64,000 nt of DNA from an uncultured SAR86 cluster bacterium (GTDB taxonomy: Bacteria > Pseudomonadota > Gammaproteobacteria > Magnimaribacterales > TMED112): the NCBI GenBank assembly GCA_902535365.1, contig CACATF010000002.1, positions 15,114-79,113 on the forward strand, written 5' to 3'. How positions within the stretch are numbered: position 1 is the stretch's first letter; every line of letters begins with the position of its first letter. A program made the translations under genes and the position numbers. The notes beneath the pieces are model-generated. The model worked only from the letters and a program-made list of their open reading frames with translations. It made no database searches and had not been told where the DNA came from. Shown here in pieces: positions 20,430 to 30,052 of this stretch.

Positions 20430-23276
20430 ATGAAGAACAAATTAGCTATATCAATTTTTTTAACAATTATCTCATTTCCTATACTTGCAGATCTTTCAAA
20501 ACCTACATCCTATTCAAAAGATCTATACCCTACTCCGATTCTTACAGGTAAATACAATGAATCTATAGATCATCCTGATCAATTTCTTGATTTTGGTTAT
20601 GCTGAAAGGGTTGCAAATCCTGCTCAAATTTCAGCCGCCGTATTAGCTTATGCTCAACAATCAGATCGTATTAAGGTAGTTGAATATGGCCGTACACATG
20701 AAAATAGGCCGCTTTACGCTGTATTTATTTCATCTCCTAAGAATATTGCTAACTTAGAAACTATAAAAGCTAACCTTAATCAGCTTACAGATGCCAGAAA
20801 CACTACCGATTCAAAGGCTAATTCGATCATAAAATCTTTGCCTGCAGTTGCATGGATGGCCTACTCTATTCATGGTAATGAGACATCGGGGGCTGATGCT
20901 GCTCTTGGAATAATTTATCACCTTATTGCAAGTGAAGATCAAGAGGTCGTAGATATGCTCTCTAATATGGTTGTTATCGTTGACCCTATGATGAATCCAG
21001 ATGGAAGAGATAGGTTTGCAAAATCATTAGAGCAATATCGTGGAACTGCGCCGAATTATGATGATCAATCCATGCTTCATACAGGAGATTGGCCATATGG
21101 ACGTACAAACCATTATTTCTTTGATCTTAATAGAGATTGGTTCTATCTAACACAACCTGAAACACAAGGTCGAGTACCTTTAATTAATGAATGGAGGCCT
21201 CAAATTCTAGTTGATGGTCATGAAATGGGTGCTCAGGATACCTTTATGACAGGACCTCCAAGAGAACCAATTAACACAAACATTGATAAAGATCTTATTA
21301 AGTGGGGAAATGTTTTTGCAGATGACCAAGCCAGAGCATTTGATGACAATAATTGGAGATTTTACACCGGAGAATGGCATGAAGATTTGTACCCTGGATA
21401 TTCTTTTTATATCCAATTTAGAGGTAGCCTAGGCATTCTATATGAGCAATCAAGAATGGCTGAAGATGGAGTTAGGAGACCTGAAGGCACCATTCAATCA
21501 TACAAAGAATCTGTGCATCATCAGTTTGTTAGTACCATTGCCAATTTAAAAACTCTACAAATGTACTCTCAAGAAATGTATCAGGATTATTGGGATGGCA
21601 GAAAATATAACGTTTCAAAGAATGGTGAGTATGCCAACCAAACCTTCGTTATCTTGCCTACTGATAACCATGGAAGACTTAATACCCTAGCTGAAAAACT
21701 AGCAGCTCAAGACATTGAGATGTTCACAAATTCTCAACCTCTAAATGTCGGCCCTACCCTTCAACAATCTGGAGAAACAGTTGAAAATTATGTCATTCCT
21801 GCTGGAAGCATGATTGTCCCAAATCTTCAGCCAGAAGCTCCATTAATAGCAGCTATCCTTGAATTTGATGCTGAAATTATTGAGCCTGTTCTCAAAGAAG
21901 AGAGAAGACAGACCCTAAAAAACGGTAGCTCAATAATGTATGACACTACCGCTTTCAACCTAACAATGATGTATGGATTAGAAGCTGTTACAGTTAGCCA
22001 AAATTTACAAAGAGGTTTAACTAAATGGAAGCCAACAAAAGGAAGTAATACAATCAATCAAAATGCTCTGATGTGGGTTGTAAACGGGGCTGATGACCGC
22101 TCTGTAGCGTTCGCAGCTAGATTAATGGAGCTGGGTGTTGAGGTAAGAATAATTGACAAGGAATCTTATCTGTCTAACCAAAACTTTACTCGGGGCAGTG
22201 TTGTCGTTATTGGGATGGATAATCCAAACTACAAAGGACTTTCAGACACGGTTCAAGGCGTTGCATCTGAGCTAGATATAGCAGTTTCCTCTGTAGACTC
22301 AGGATTTGGAGCTGAAGAGCTTCCTGATTGGGGTGGAAGACATTTTAGGCTGCTTGAAAGACCTCAAATAGCCATTCTTAGTCATGAAGGATTTAGCTCT
22401 TACGATGTTGGGGTTAGCTGGTTCTCATTAGACCATCATCTAGGTATAAGACATAGCCAACTAAATGCGTCAAGTTTCTATGGTGATTTACGTCGATACA
22501 ACACAATTATTATGCCGAGCGGAAGAGGTTTCTCTGGTGCTCAAATGAATGCCTTAAGAGACTGGGTTGAGCAAGGCGGCACGCTTATTGCGCATAACTC
22601 AAGCACAAGAAGCCTAACCTTTGAAAATGGAATTGGTTCAGTAAAACAACTATCAGATACTTTTGATAAAAGTGCTGACTACAATATTGAATTACAGAAA
22701 GAGTTTGAGGCTCTTAATGTGGTAATTGATGTTGATAAAACTAATGATCATAAAATTGATTTCGATGTAGCGTACCCATGGGAAGCAAGCACATCAAAAT
22801 ATAGTAAACAAGAACTAGAAAAACGTGATAGATGGCAGTCTCAATTTATGCCTTCAGGATCATTTGTAGCTGGCAGAATAGATAATGAACATTGGTTGAC
22901 ATTTGGTACACCTGATACACTGCCCCTTCTCTACAGTAGAGTTCCTGTTCTCATGACTAACTCTAGCTCTGAGGCAGTCGTTCGTGTTGGTGAGATAGTG
23001 GATAGTGATGCTGAGGAATACCGTTCTATCAATTGGTCAGATATTCCTCCAGGTAAAGATCTAAACGTCAGAATGAGTGGATTAGTATGGCCAGAAGCAG
23101 CGCAAAGGATTGCAAACTCAGCATACTTAACTCGTGAGAGAGTTGGACGTGGTCAAGTCATCTTATTTTCAGGTGAACCTAATTTCAGAGGTGCAGCCCT
23201 TGGAACTAATAGGTTATGGCTTAATGCTGTAGTCTATGGAGCAGGTTTAGGAACTTCAAGTAGAATATCTCCTTAG
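20430..23276 (+). CDS. Secreted M14-family zinc carboxypeptidase domain protein with a long C-terminal extension
   Basis: Signal peptide. Zinc-ligand H-x-x-E in YSIHGNETSG. NPDGR block and later VDGHEMG. 948 aa. Confidence 0.8.
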   Translation: MKNKLAISIFLTIISFPILADLSKPTSYSKDLYPTPILTGKYNESIDHPDQFLDFGYAERVANPAQISAAVLAYAQQSDRIKVVEYGRTHENRPLYAVFISSPKNIANLETIKANLNQLTDARNTTDSKANSIIKSLPAVAWMAYSIHGNETSGADAALGIIYHLIASEDQEVVDMLSNMVVIVDPMMNPDGRDRFAKSLEQYRGTAPNYDDQSMLHTGDWPYGRTNHYFFDLNRDWFYLTQPETQGRVPLINEWRPQILVDGHEMGAQDTFMTGPPREPINTNIDKDLIKWGNVFADDQARAFDDNNWRFYTGEWHEDLYPGYSFYIQFRGSLGILYEQSRMAEDGVRRPEGTIQSYKESVHHQFVSTIANLKTLQMYSQEMYQDYWDGRKYNVSKNGEYANQTFVILPTDNHGRLNTLAEKLAAQDIEMFTNSQPLNVGPTLQQSGETVENYVIPAGSMIVPNLQPEAPLIAAILEFDAEIIEPVLKEERRQTLKNGSSIMYDTTAFNLTMMYGLEAVTVSQNLQRGLTKWKPTKGSNTINQNALMWVVNGADDRSVAFAARLMELGVEVRIIDKESYLSNQNFTRGSVVVIGMDNPNYKGLSDTVQGVASELDIAVSSVDSGFGAEELPDWGGRHFRLLERPQIAILSHEGFSSYDVGVSWFSLDHHLGIRHSQLNASSFYGDLRRYNTIIMPSGRGFSGAQMNALRDWVEQGGTLIAHNSSTRSLTFENGIGSVKQLSDTFDKSADYNIELQKEFEALNVVIDVDKTNDHKIDFDVAYPWEASTSKYSKQELEKRDRWQSQFMPSGSFVAGRIDNEHWLTFGTPDTLPLLYSRVPVLMTNSSSEAVVRVGEIVDSDAEEYRSINWSDIPPGKDLNVRMSGLVWPEAAQRIANSAYLTRERVGRGQVILFSGEPNFRGAALGTNRLWLNAVVYGAGLGTSSRISP

Positions 23277-23286
23277 GAATATACAA

Positions 23287-23315
23287 GGGCGGTTGATTAA
23301 AAACTGCCCTTTTAT
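23287..23315. terminator. Weak hairpin between the convergent M14 gene and gltD
   Basis: GGGCGG-N11-CTGCCC (one mismatch) followed by TTTTAT. Confidence 0.3.
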
Positions 23316-24703
23316 CCTATAAATTTAATAATTTCTTTAGCAGCATCTCTGCCATGAGCTATCGCATGCACGGCTAAACTTGAACCTATTATCATGTCCC
23401 CACCTGCAAAATATTTAGGATTGGATGTCTGGTAGTTAAATTTGTTATTGTTCAATTCCACGAGTCCGGTGTCTGAGATCTTAACATTCTTATCTAGAAC
23501 AAAATCTGGTACATCTGCTTGATATCCAAAAGCAATAACTAACTTATCTACCTCTATAGCTTTCTCAGAGCCTTCAATTAGCTCTGGACGCTGTCTTCCA
23601 CTGGCGTCTGGCTTACCAAGCTTAGTTTCACATACTTTCAAGCTGGTAATTGATCCATTGCCCTCGACTTTCAAAGGTTGGGTATTGAATAGAAAATCAA
23701 CGCCCTCCTCCATAGCATGTTTAATTTCACGAATGGAGCCTGGCATGTTTTCTTGATCTCTACGATATATACAAGTTACGCTTTTTGCTTGTTGACGCAC
23801 AGCAGTCCTCACACAATCCATAGCGGTATCTCCACCTCCCAGAACAGCGACTCTATGATCTTTAAAATCTATTTTTTCTGCATCATCCGGATCCATCAAA
23901 TATTCTGTATTTTTAATGAGGTATGGTAATGCTTCCACAACACCTGTTTTATTGGTACCTTCAATCTTACCTTTGATTGATTCATACGTTCCCAAACCTA
24001 AAAATATGGCATCACTTTTCTTATCAATTTCTGCTACCTTCTTTGTATCAACTTCTGTATTTAAGACAAATTTCACGCCTAATTCTTCTAGCATTTCTCT
24101 CCGTTTCAGGACGATGCTCTTTTCAAGCTTAAATTCTGGTATGCCATAAGTTAATAAGCCGCCTATTTCAGGGTTTTTGTCGTATACAGTACACTTTACC
24201 CCTCTTCTGATTAAATTTTCTGCACAAGCAAGTCCAGCGGGACCTGCACCAATTATGGACACATGTTTCTTGCCAAATTTTTCAACATATCGCTTTGGTT
24301 TCCACCCCATATTAATAGCTGTGTCGGTGATATGTTTTTCTATTTGTCCAATAGTAACTGCTTCGAAACCTGTATTCAGAGTGCATGCACCTTCACACAG
24401 CTTATCTTGTGGGCAAATCCTTCCGCATATCTCTGGAAATGAATTAGTTTGATGACATAAATCAGCAGCTTCTTCATATTTACCTTCATTTGCAAGCTTT
24501 AACCAATCTGGGATGAAATTATGCAAAGGACATTTCCATTCGCAATAGGGATTTCCACAATCTAAACATCTACTTGATTGAGCTGCTATATCATCGTGTG
24601 TCTGAGGTTCGTATATTTCCCCAAAATTGGCTTTTCTTACCTCTAAGGGCTTTGTGTCAGGGTCAATCCTTTTAATGTCTATAAACTCAAAATTTGTTGA
24701 CAC
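23312..24703 (-). CDS. gltD: Glutamate synthase (NADPH) small subunit
   Basis: N-terminal Fe-S cysteine clusters (CLDCGNPYCEWKCP, CGRICPQDKLCEGAC). Two dinucleotide folds: IIGAGPAGLACA and VLGGGDTAMDC. Confidence 0.94.
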   Translation of the reverse strand: MSTNFEFIDIKRIDPDTKPLEVRKANFGEIYEPQTHDDIAAQSSRCLDCGNPYCEWKCPLHNFIPDWLKLANEGKYEEAADLCHQTNSFPEICGRICPQDKLCEGACTLNTGFEAVTIGQIEKHITDTAINMGWKPKRYVEKFGKKHVSIIGAGPAGLACAENLIRRGVKCTVYDKNPEIGGLLTYGIPEFKLEKSIVLKRREMLEELGVKFVLNTEVDTKKVAEIDKKSDAIFLGLGTYESIKGKIEGTNKTGVVEALPYLIKNTEYLMDPDDAEKIDFKDHRVAVLGGGDTAMDCVRTAVRQQAKSVTCIYRRDQENMPGSIREIKHAMEEGVDFLFNTQPLKVEGNGSITSLKVCETKLGKPDASGRQRPELIEGSEKAIEVDKLVIAFGYQADVPDFVLDKNVKISDTGLVELNNNKFNYQTSNPKYFAGGDMIIGSSLAVHAIAHGRDAAKEIIKFIG

Positions 24704-27700
24704 TATGCTGCCTCCTCTCTTGTGTTTTTAATAATTCTTGCCAGATTCTCAGCATATGGCGTAATAATCCAGAATAGGTTTTGGTATTTTTCAAAATCTT
24801 CTAGGATTTTTTTTGCTACTTCGCTATTGGTTTCTTTAATAAAGAAGGCAATTCTATCTTTTAGGTATGATCTATGAGCTTCCATATCTTGGCTTGTGAT
24901 ACGGTTAAAAGTAATGAGGTCTTTGTTACACCTATCAACGAAACTTCTGTCCTCATCTAACACATAAGCAAAGCCTCCAGTCATGCCCGCACCAAAATTG
25001 TTACCAACTGGCCCAAGAACAATCACTTCGCCGCCTGTCATGTATTCACAACAATGGTCACCGCTGCCCTCAATAATTGCTTTTGCACCAGAATTCCTTA
25101 CAGCGAACCTTTCACCTACCGTACCATTTCCATAGAACTCCCCACCTGTGGCACCGAACAAACAAGTATTTCCAGCTATGATTGACCTCTCTTCTTTAAG
25201 GGTTTTTGGTTTAAGAATAGTAATTTTTCCGCCATTCATGCCCTTGCCAACATAATCGTTAGCAAGCCCATTCAGCTTTAAATCTACTCCTTTTGAATTC
25301 CAACAGCCGAAACTTTGTCCGGCGTCACCTTTGAAATTAAGAATAAGTTTTTCAGGCAAACCCTCACTTCCATATTTTTTTGCAATATTTCCTGCGACTT
25401 CAGCCCCTATTGATCTTGCAGAATTAGTAATTTTAAAACTAAATGATCCTCCCTTCCCTTTGCTAATGCATTGTTTAATGGATCCAGATATTTTTTTTGT
25501 TAGGCTGTCATCCGTTAAAACCTGGTTAATATTATTTTTATGGATAGTATTTGATTGGGTTTTATTTGGTCTAAATCTTTCTTGCAAAACGCTTAAATCT
25601 AAAGCATTTGCTTCTGTTAAATAATCACTTTTTAAGCTTAGTAATGAGCTTTTTCCAATTATTTCTTCTAGAGATTTATAACCCAAACTTGCTAATATTT
25701 CTCTTGTTTCACGTGCTATAAACCTGAAGAAGTTTTGGACTTTTTCAACCTCACCAGCAAAGTGCTCATCTATCAATCGTAATTGCTGTGTAGCAACCCC
25801 AGTAGCACAATTATTTAAATGGCATATCCTCAAATATTTGCACCCCATAGCAATCATTGGAGCAGTACCAAAACCAAATGAATCCGCCCCAAAAATAGCA
25901 GCTTTTGCAACATCCAATCCAGTTTTCAATCCTCCATCTGTTTGAAGCTTTACGTTTGTCCTTAAATTGCTTTGTAGCAAAATATTTTGTGTCTCAAACA
26001 TCCCAGTCTCCCATGGGGATCCTGCATGCCTGATTGATGATAATGGGCTAGCACCAGTTCCTCCGTCATGTCCTGAAATGGTTATAAAATCAGCATTTGC
26101 TTTGACAACTCCGGCTGCAACAATCCCTACTCCTGGTTCAGAAACTAACTTTACTGATACTTGAGCTGACTGGTTAATTTGTTTTAGATCATAAATGAGC
26201 TGAGAGAGGTCTTCAATTGAGTAGATATCATGATGTGGTGGAGGTGAAATCAAAGTTATGCCTGGTTTTGAAAAACGCAGTTTGGCAATATATGGATCCA
26301 CTTTACTTCCTGGGAGCTGGCCACCCTCTCCTGGTTTTGCACCCTGAGCAATTTTAATTTGAAGAACCTCTGCATTGGTTAAATAATGTGGGGTCACTCC
26401 GAATCTTCCTGAGGCAATTTGCTTTATCTTTGATTCTATATTTGCTCCATACCTCCTTTCATCTTCTCCTCCTTCACCTGAGTTTGAACGACATCCCAAT
26501 CCATTCATTGCCGCTGCAAGAGTTTCATGAGCTTTGGGAGACATGGATCCAAGACTCATACCTGCTGAATCAAACCTTTTTAAAATATCTTCTTCGGACT
26601 CAACCTCTGAAATATCAATAGGATTTCGAGATGATTTAAGTTCAAAATAATCTCTTAGAGCAAGCGGTTTTCTATGATTAATTTTATTTGCATATTCTTG
26701 ATAACCTTCGTAAGAAGATCTTTTTAGTGACTCTTGAAGAGTTATGACAGTGCCAGGATTAAATGCATGATCTTCCCCATTATTTTTGAATTTATGCAGT
26801 CCTTCAGCAACGTCATTTGAATCATAATCACCTTCGATAACTGACATAATATCATGATGAATATCTTCAAAACCCTTTCCCTTTATGAGTGTCGTATTTT
26901 TAGGAAAACAAAAGCTATTCACTTCATTAGAAAAACCAATCACTTCAAACAATGCTGCGCCCCTGTAGCTTGATACATTTGAAATACCCATTTTTGACAT
27001 GATCTTTAACAATCCTTTGTTTAAGCATTTTCTGTAACTCAAACAAAGCTCGTTTGAGGTCATATCAGTTTTTAAATCCTTGGCTATCTTTAGCACTGTT
27101 TGTAAACCAAGCCAAGGATGGACACATGTAGCTCCAAAACCAATTAAACAGGCAATTTGATGATTGTCTCGAGCTGAAGCAGTATTAACAATTATGTTGC
27201 TTAAGGTTCTTAAATTAGCTTTGATTAGCTCATTATGTAGGGCTGAAGTAATTAACAGCGCTGGAATTACTGGTTTCGAAGGCGATGATTGCTTTTCATC
27301 AAGAACAATCAAACAGTTTCCTCGTTTAACATCACTTATTATGATTTCCACAAGTTCTTTTAGTGCCGCTTCCAATCCCTGTTCTGTGCAATATTCCAAT
27401 GAGTAACGCTCAACAGGAAATTTCTTATTTTTAAGCAATAGATTAAATTTTTTATGGGACAAGATTGGCGAATTCACTACCACTCTGAGGGCATGCATCT
27501 CTGTTTCCTCAAATATGTTAAGTTCAGGTCCTATACATGTCTCAAGAGACATCACTGATTTTTCCCTCAAGGAATCTATTGGCGGATTGGTTACCTGTGC
27601 AAAGCGCTGTCTACAATTATCATAGAGTGATCTTATCTTGGTACTTACGGGGGAAATAGGCACATCGTCACCCATGGATCCTGTTGGTTCATTGCCTTCA

Positions 27701-29124
27701 AGAGCATAAGACTTAAGAACTTGCTTTTCTTCGCTAGTGAGACAGAAATTTTTTGCTGATTCATCGAAATAGCTTTTGGATACTTCTCGCATTTGAGGTC
27801 CTGCGTATTCATGTAGATTGCTTTCAAGATGCTTAGCTCGGTTTTTCAACCATTTTCTGTAAGGGTTTTTGGATGCAAGATCTCTATCAACATCAATATC
27901 TTTAAGCTCTATGCATTCTTTTCTATCAAAGAGAAATAGTCCACCCGGTCCCAACCGATCAGTTTGAACACGTTTTAATGAAGGCAAATGATTAGAGCCC
28001 ACTTCAGAAGCAATGCAAATAGTGTCATCATCGAAGTATTCAATTCTTGCAGGCCTCAAACCATTTCTATCTAAGAAACAAGAAATGTAATCACTGGATT
28101 GATAACAAATCAGTGCAGGCCCATCCCAGGCTTCCATATGCATAGAATTATATTCATGGAATGCCTTTTCATCCGGGTCCATTAAATCTGTGTTTTGCCA
28201 TGAAGGTGGTATCAGCATTCGAGCCGCTCTTGCTATGGAAATTCCACCTTGAGTAAATAATTCAAGAACATTGTCCAATGACGAAGAATCGGAACCCTCT
28301 TGGTTAACTAGGGGTTGATAGTCATCAAGATTGCCAAGCTTTTGAGACACAAAACTGGCAGTTCTAGCTTTTGCCCAATTCCTATTGCCTTCTATCGTAT
28401 TTATTTCGCCATTATGCGCCAAGACCCTATAAGGTTGAGAAAGATGCCATTTTGGAGAAGTGTTTGTGGAAAAACGAATATGAAAAGTTGCAGATGCCGA
28501 TCTAAATACTGGGCTTCTAAGATCAGTAAAAAAATCTGCGAAATATTCAGGAAGGACCAAACCTTTATAAACAATAGTTTTTGATGATAGAGATAAGCAA
28601 TAAAACTCTTTCTCGGGGTCAAAATTATTATCAATTAAACGTTTAGTTTTAAAGAGTTGTATTTCTGTTTTGTCATTATCTTGATCTTTGATTTTTGGCA
28701 CTAAAAAAACCTGTACTACTTTTGGGCAGGATTTCTTTGCTAAATCACCAAGAATATCCTTATCTACTGATAGCTCACGTAATGCTAGAATCTGAAATCC
28801 GTGTTTGGATAGAATTTTTTCTATTTCTGTTTGAAAAGAAACAAGGTCTTTGGCAAAAAACATGCCAACAGAAAAATTTGATGGAAGAATTATTTTTTGC
28901 TCATCAAGGATAATTTTTTGGAAAAATTTATGGTCTAAATCGAAGAGAATTCCACAACCATCTGGAGTTTCACCATCATAGCTTACAGCCCCTCTATGCC
29001 GCATATTATGAAGAGACATTAAAGATCTATGCACTATCTCATGGTCAAAAACATTATTTTTACTGAATATTACGCCTGTCCCGCAATTATCGTGATGTTT
29101 GAGACTCTTTAAGTAATCTGTCAT
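24703..29124 (-). CDS. gltB: Glutamate synthase large subunit
   Basis: 1473 aa. Ntn amidotransferase Cys after a short propeptide (HHDN-CGTGVIF). FMN/3Fe-4S region (CHLNNCATGVATQ). C-terminal Gly-rich beta-helix. Confidence 0.95.
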   Translation of the reverse strand: MTDYLKSLKHHDNCGTGVIFSKNNVFDHEIVHRSLMSLHNMRHRGAVSYDGETPDGCGILFDLDHKFFQKIILDEQKIILPSNFSVGMFFAKDLVSFQTEIEKILSKHGFQILALRELSVDKDILGDLAKKSCPKVVQVFLVPKIKDQDNDKTEIQLFKTKRLIDNNFDPEKEFYCLSLSSKTIVYKGLVLPEYFADFFTDLRSPVFRSASATFHIRFSTNTSPKWHLSQPYRVLAHNGEINTIEGNRNWAKARTASFVSQKLGNLDDYQPLVNQEGSDSSSLDNVLELFTQGGISIARAARMLIPPSWQNTDLMDPDEKAFHEYNSMHMEAWDGPALICYQSSDYISCFLDRNGLRPARIEYFDDDTICIASEVGSNHLPSLKRVQTDRLGPGGLFLFDRKECIELKDIDVDRDLASKNPYRKWLKNRAKHLESNLHEYAGPQMREVSKSYFDESAKNFCLTSEEKQVLKSYALEGNEPTGSMGDDVPISPVSTKIRSLYDNCRQRFAQVTNPPIDSLREKSVMSLETCIGPELNIFEETEMHALRVVVNSPILSHKKFNLLLKNKKFPVERYSLEYCTEQGLEAALKELVEIIISDVKRGNCLIVLDEKQSSPSKPVIPALLITSALHNELIKANLRTLSNIIVNTASARDNHQIACLIGFGATCVHPWLGLQTVLKIAKDLKTDMTSNELCLSYRKCLNKGLLKIMSKMGISNVSSYRGAALFEVIGFSNEVNSFCFPKNTTLIKGKGFEDIHHDIMSVIEGDYDSNDVAEGLHKFKNNGEDHAFNPGTVITLQESLKRSSYEGYQEYANKINHRKPLALRDYFELKSSRNPIDISEVESEEDILKRFDSAGMSLGSMSPKAHETLAAAMNGLGCRSNSGEGGEDERRYGANIESKIKQIASGRFGVTPHYLTNAEVLQIKIAQGAKPGEGGQLPGSKVDPYIAKLRFSKPGITLISPPPHHDIYSIEDLSQLIYDLKQINQSAQVSVKLVSEPGVGIVAAGVVKANADFITISGHDGGTGASPLSSIRHAGSPWETGMFETQNILLQSNLRTNVKLQTDGGLKTGLDVAKAAIFGADSFGFGTAPMIAMGCKYLRICHLNNCATGVATQQLRLIDEHFAGEVEKVQNFFRFIARETREILASLGYKSLEEIIGKSSLLSLKSDYLTEANALDLSVLQERFRPNKTQSNTIHKNNINQVLTDDSLTKKISGSIKQCISKGKGGSFSFKITNSARSIGAEVAGNIAKKYGSEGLPEKLILNFKGDAGQSFGCWNSKGVDLKLNGLANDYVGKGMNGGKITILKPKTLKEERSIIAGNTCLFGATGGEFYGNGTVGERFAVRNSGAKAIIEGSGDHCCEYMTGGEVIVLGPVGNNFGAGMTGGFAYVLDEDRSFVDRCNKDLITFNRITSQDMEAHRSYLKDRIAFFIKETNSEVAKKILEDFEKYQNLFWIITPYAENLARIIKNTREEAA

Positions 29125-29154
29125 AAATAAATTTGATTAACTGATTTTTTGCTG

Positions 29155-29183
29155 TTGACAAACTGATTATATAATATTAATTT
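29155..29183 (+). promoter_or_regulatory. Candidate sigma-70 promoter for the riboswitch-porin-amt transcript (TTGACA-17-TAATTT)
   Basis: Perfect -35 TTGACA at 29155..29160. A TAnnnT hexamer lies 17 nt downstream. Confidence 0.35.
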
Positions 29184-29239
29184 TGATAATGTTATTTTAT
29201 AACTAGTATTTATGACGATGTAGCAATACATCTCCCATA

Positions 29240-29310
29240 CTCCATGGGTAAAAAGGAGCCCATATAACATGGGTTAAAAGTTAAACCATTCTCCATGGTA
29301 AAAAAGGAGC
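29240..29310 (+). repeat. Two copies of a 20-nt hairpin-forming element (CTCCATGGGTAAAAAGGAGC / CTCCATGGTAAAAAAGGAGC), 51 nt apart
   Basis: Copies at 29240..29259 and 29291..29310. Each can fold CTCC/GGAG around an A-rich loop. CCCAT/ATGGG segments between them allow alternative pairings. Confidence 0.7.
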
Positions 29311-29317
29311 GGCTAAT

Positions 29318-29370
29318 CGTTCATCCTAACTTACAAGGACGGAAGTAGGCTTCATGCTGAAGGAACGCGC
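29318..29370 (+). promoter_or_regulatory. Glutamine riboswitch aptamer (glnA RNA motif)
   Basis: Sequence: CGTTCATCC-TAACTTACAA-GGACGGAAGTAGG-CTTCATGCTGAAG-GAACGCGC. P1 is CGUUC (29318..22) with GAACG (29363..67). Inner hairpins are UCC/GGA and CUUC/GAAG. The conserved blocks GGACGGAAGUAGG and GAAGGAACGC match the glnA motif consensus as I remember it. It lies upstream of nitrogen genes. Confidence 0.8.
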
Positions 29371-29443
29371 TTTAATCCATAATGTGAAGGTTTGATCCCT
29401 TTGATTCATTAATGCTTTTTATATTTTTTATAAGGAGATGTTT

Positions 29444-30040
29444 ATGAAAAAAGGAATGATGACTATTGTCATGTTTCTAACTTTATATACTTTCGGAGAA
29501 GTATCTTCGAATTTTACGTTTTCATCCAACTATTTCTGGAGGGGTATGACCCAAACCATGGATAGTCCCGCTTACAGTGGTGGATTTGATTATAGCCATG
29601 AGTCTGGCTTTTATGCTGGAACTTGGGGTTCTAATGTTTCTTTTGGTGGCGCTGGTCTTGAATTAGATCTTTATGCTGGTTACGCAGGCGAAACTGAAAG
29701 TGGTATTGGTTACGATTTTGGATATATCAATTATGCATATCCAGAAGTTGATGATGCTGACTTCTCAGAGATGTATGGGTCTCTATCTTATGAGGGATTT
29801 GGTTTTACATATTACGTGGGTGATGAATTTGGTGACTACTATGAGTTTTCTTATGGTGTTGGACCTGTTTCTTTCTCATACGGTGATTATGAAGACACTG
29901 GCTCAAACTATCTAATTGGCTATGCTTTTGCCCTTGGTGGGTTCGACGCATCAGTAGCATACAGCTCTTTTATGGCTGAAAGTATGACAGAGATGGAAGA
30001 CGAAGATGGTCTGTTTTTCACAATTGGAGCGTCATTCTAA
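29444..30040 (+). CDS. Putative outer-membrane beta-barrel/porin (TorF / Gcw_chp-like family)
   Basis: AAGGAG sits 6 nt upstream of the ATG at 29444 (the track's 29438 ATG abuts the SD). Signal peptide. Alternating aromatic/Gly strands. C-terminal ...TIGASF. This family often neighbours amt genes in proteobacteria. Confidence 0.7.
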   Translation: MKKGMMTIVMFLTLYTFGEVSSNFTFSSNYFWRGMTQTMDSPAYSGGFDYSHESGFYAGTWGSNVSFGGAGLELDLYAGYAGETESGIGYDFGYINYAYPEVDDADFSEMYGSLSYEGFGFTYYVGDEFGDYYEFSYGVGPVSFSYGDYEDTGSNYLIGYAFALGGFDASVAYSSFMAESMTEMEDEDGLFFTIGASF

Positions 30041-30052
30041 ATAGGGGGCACT

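Noticed and set aside
20360-20551. 63-aa ORF overlapping the start of the M14 peptidase gene
   Set aside because: It begins in the T-rich spacer and has a low-complexity translation. It is out of frame with a clear signal-peptide-bearing start at 20430.
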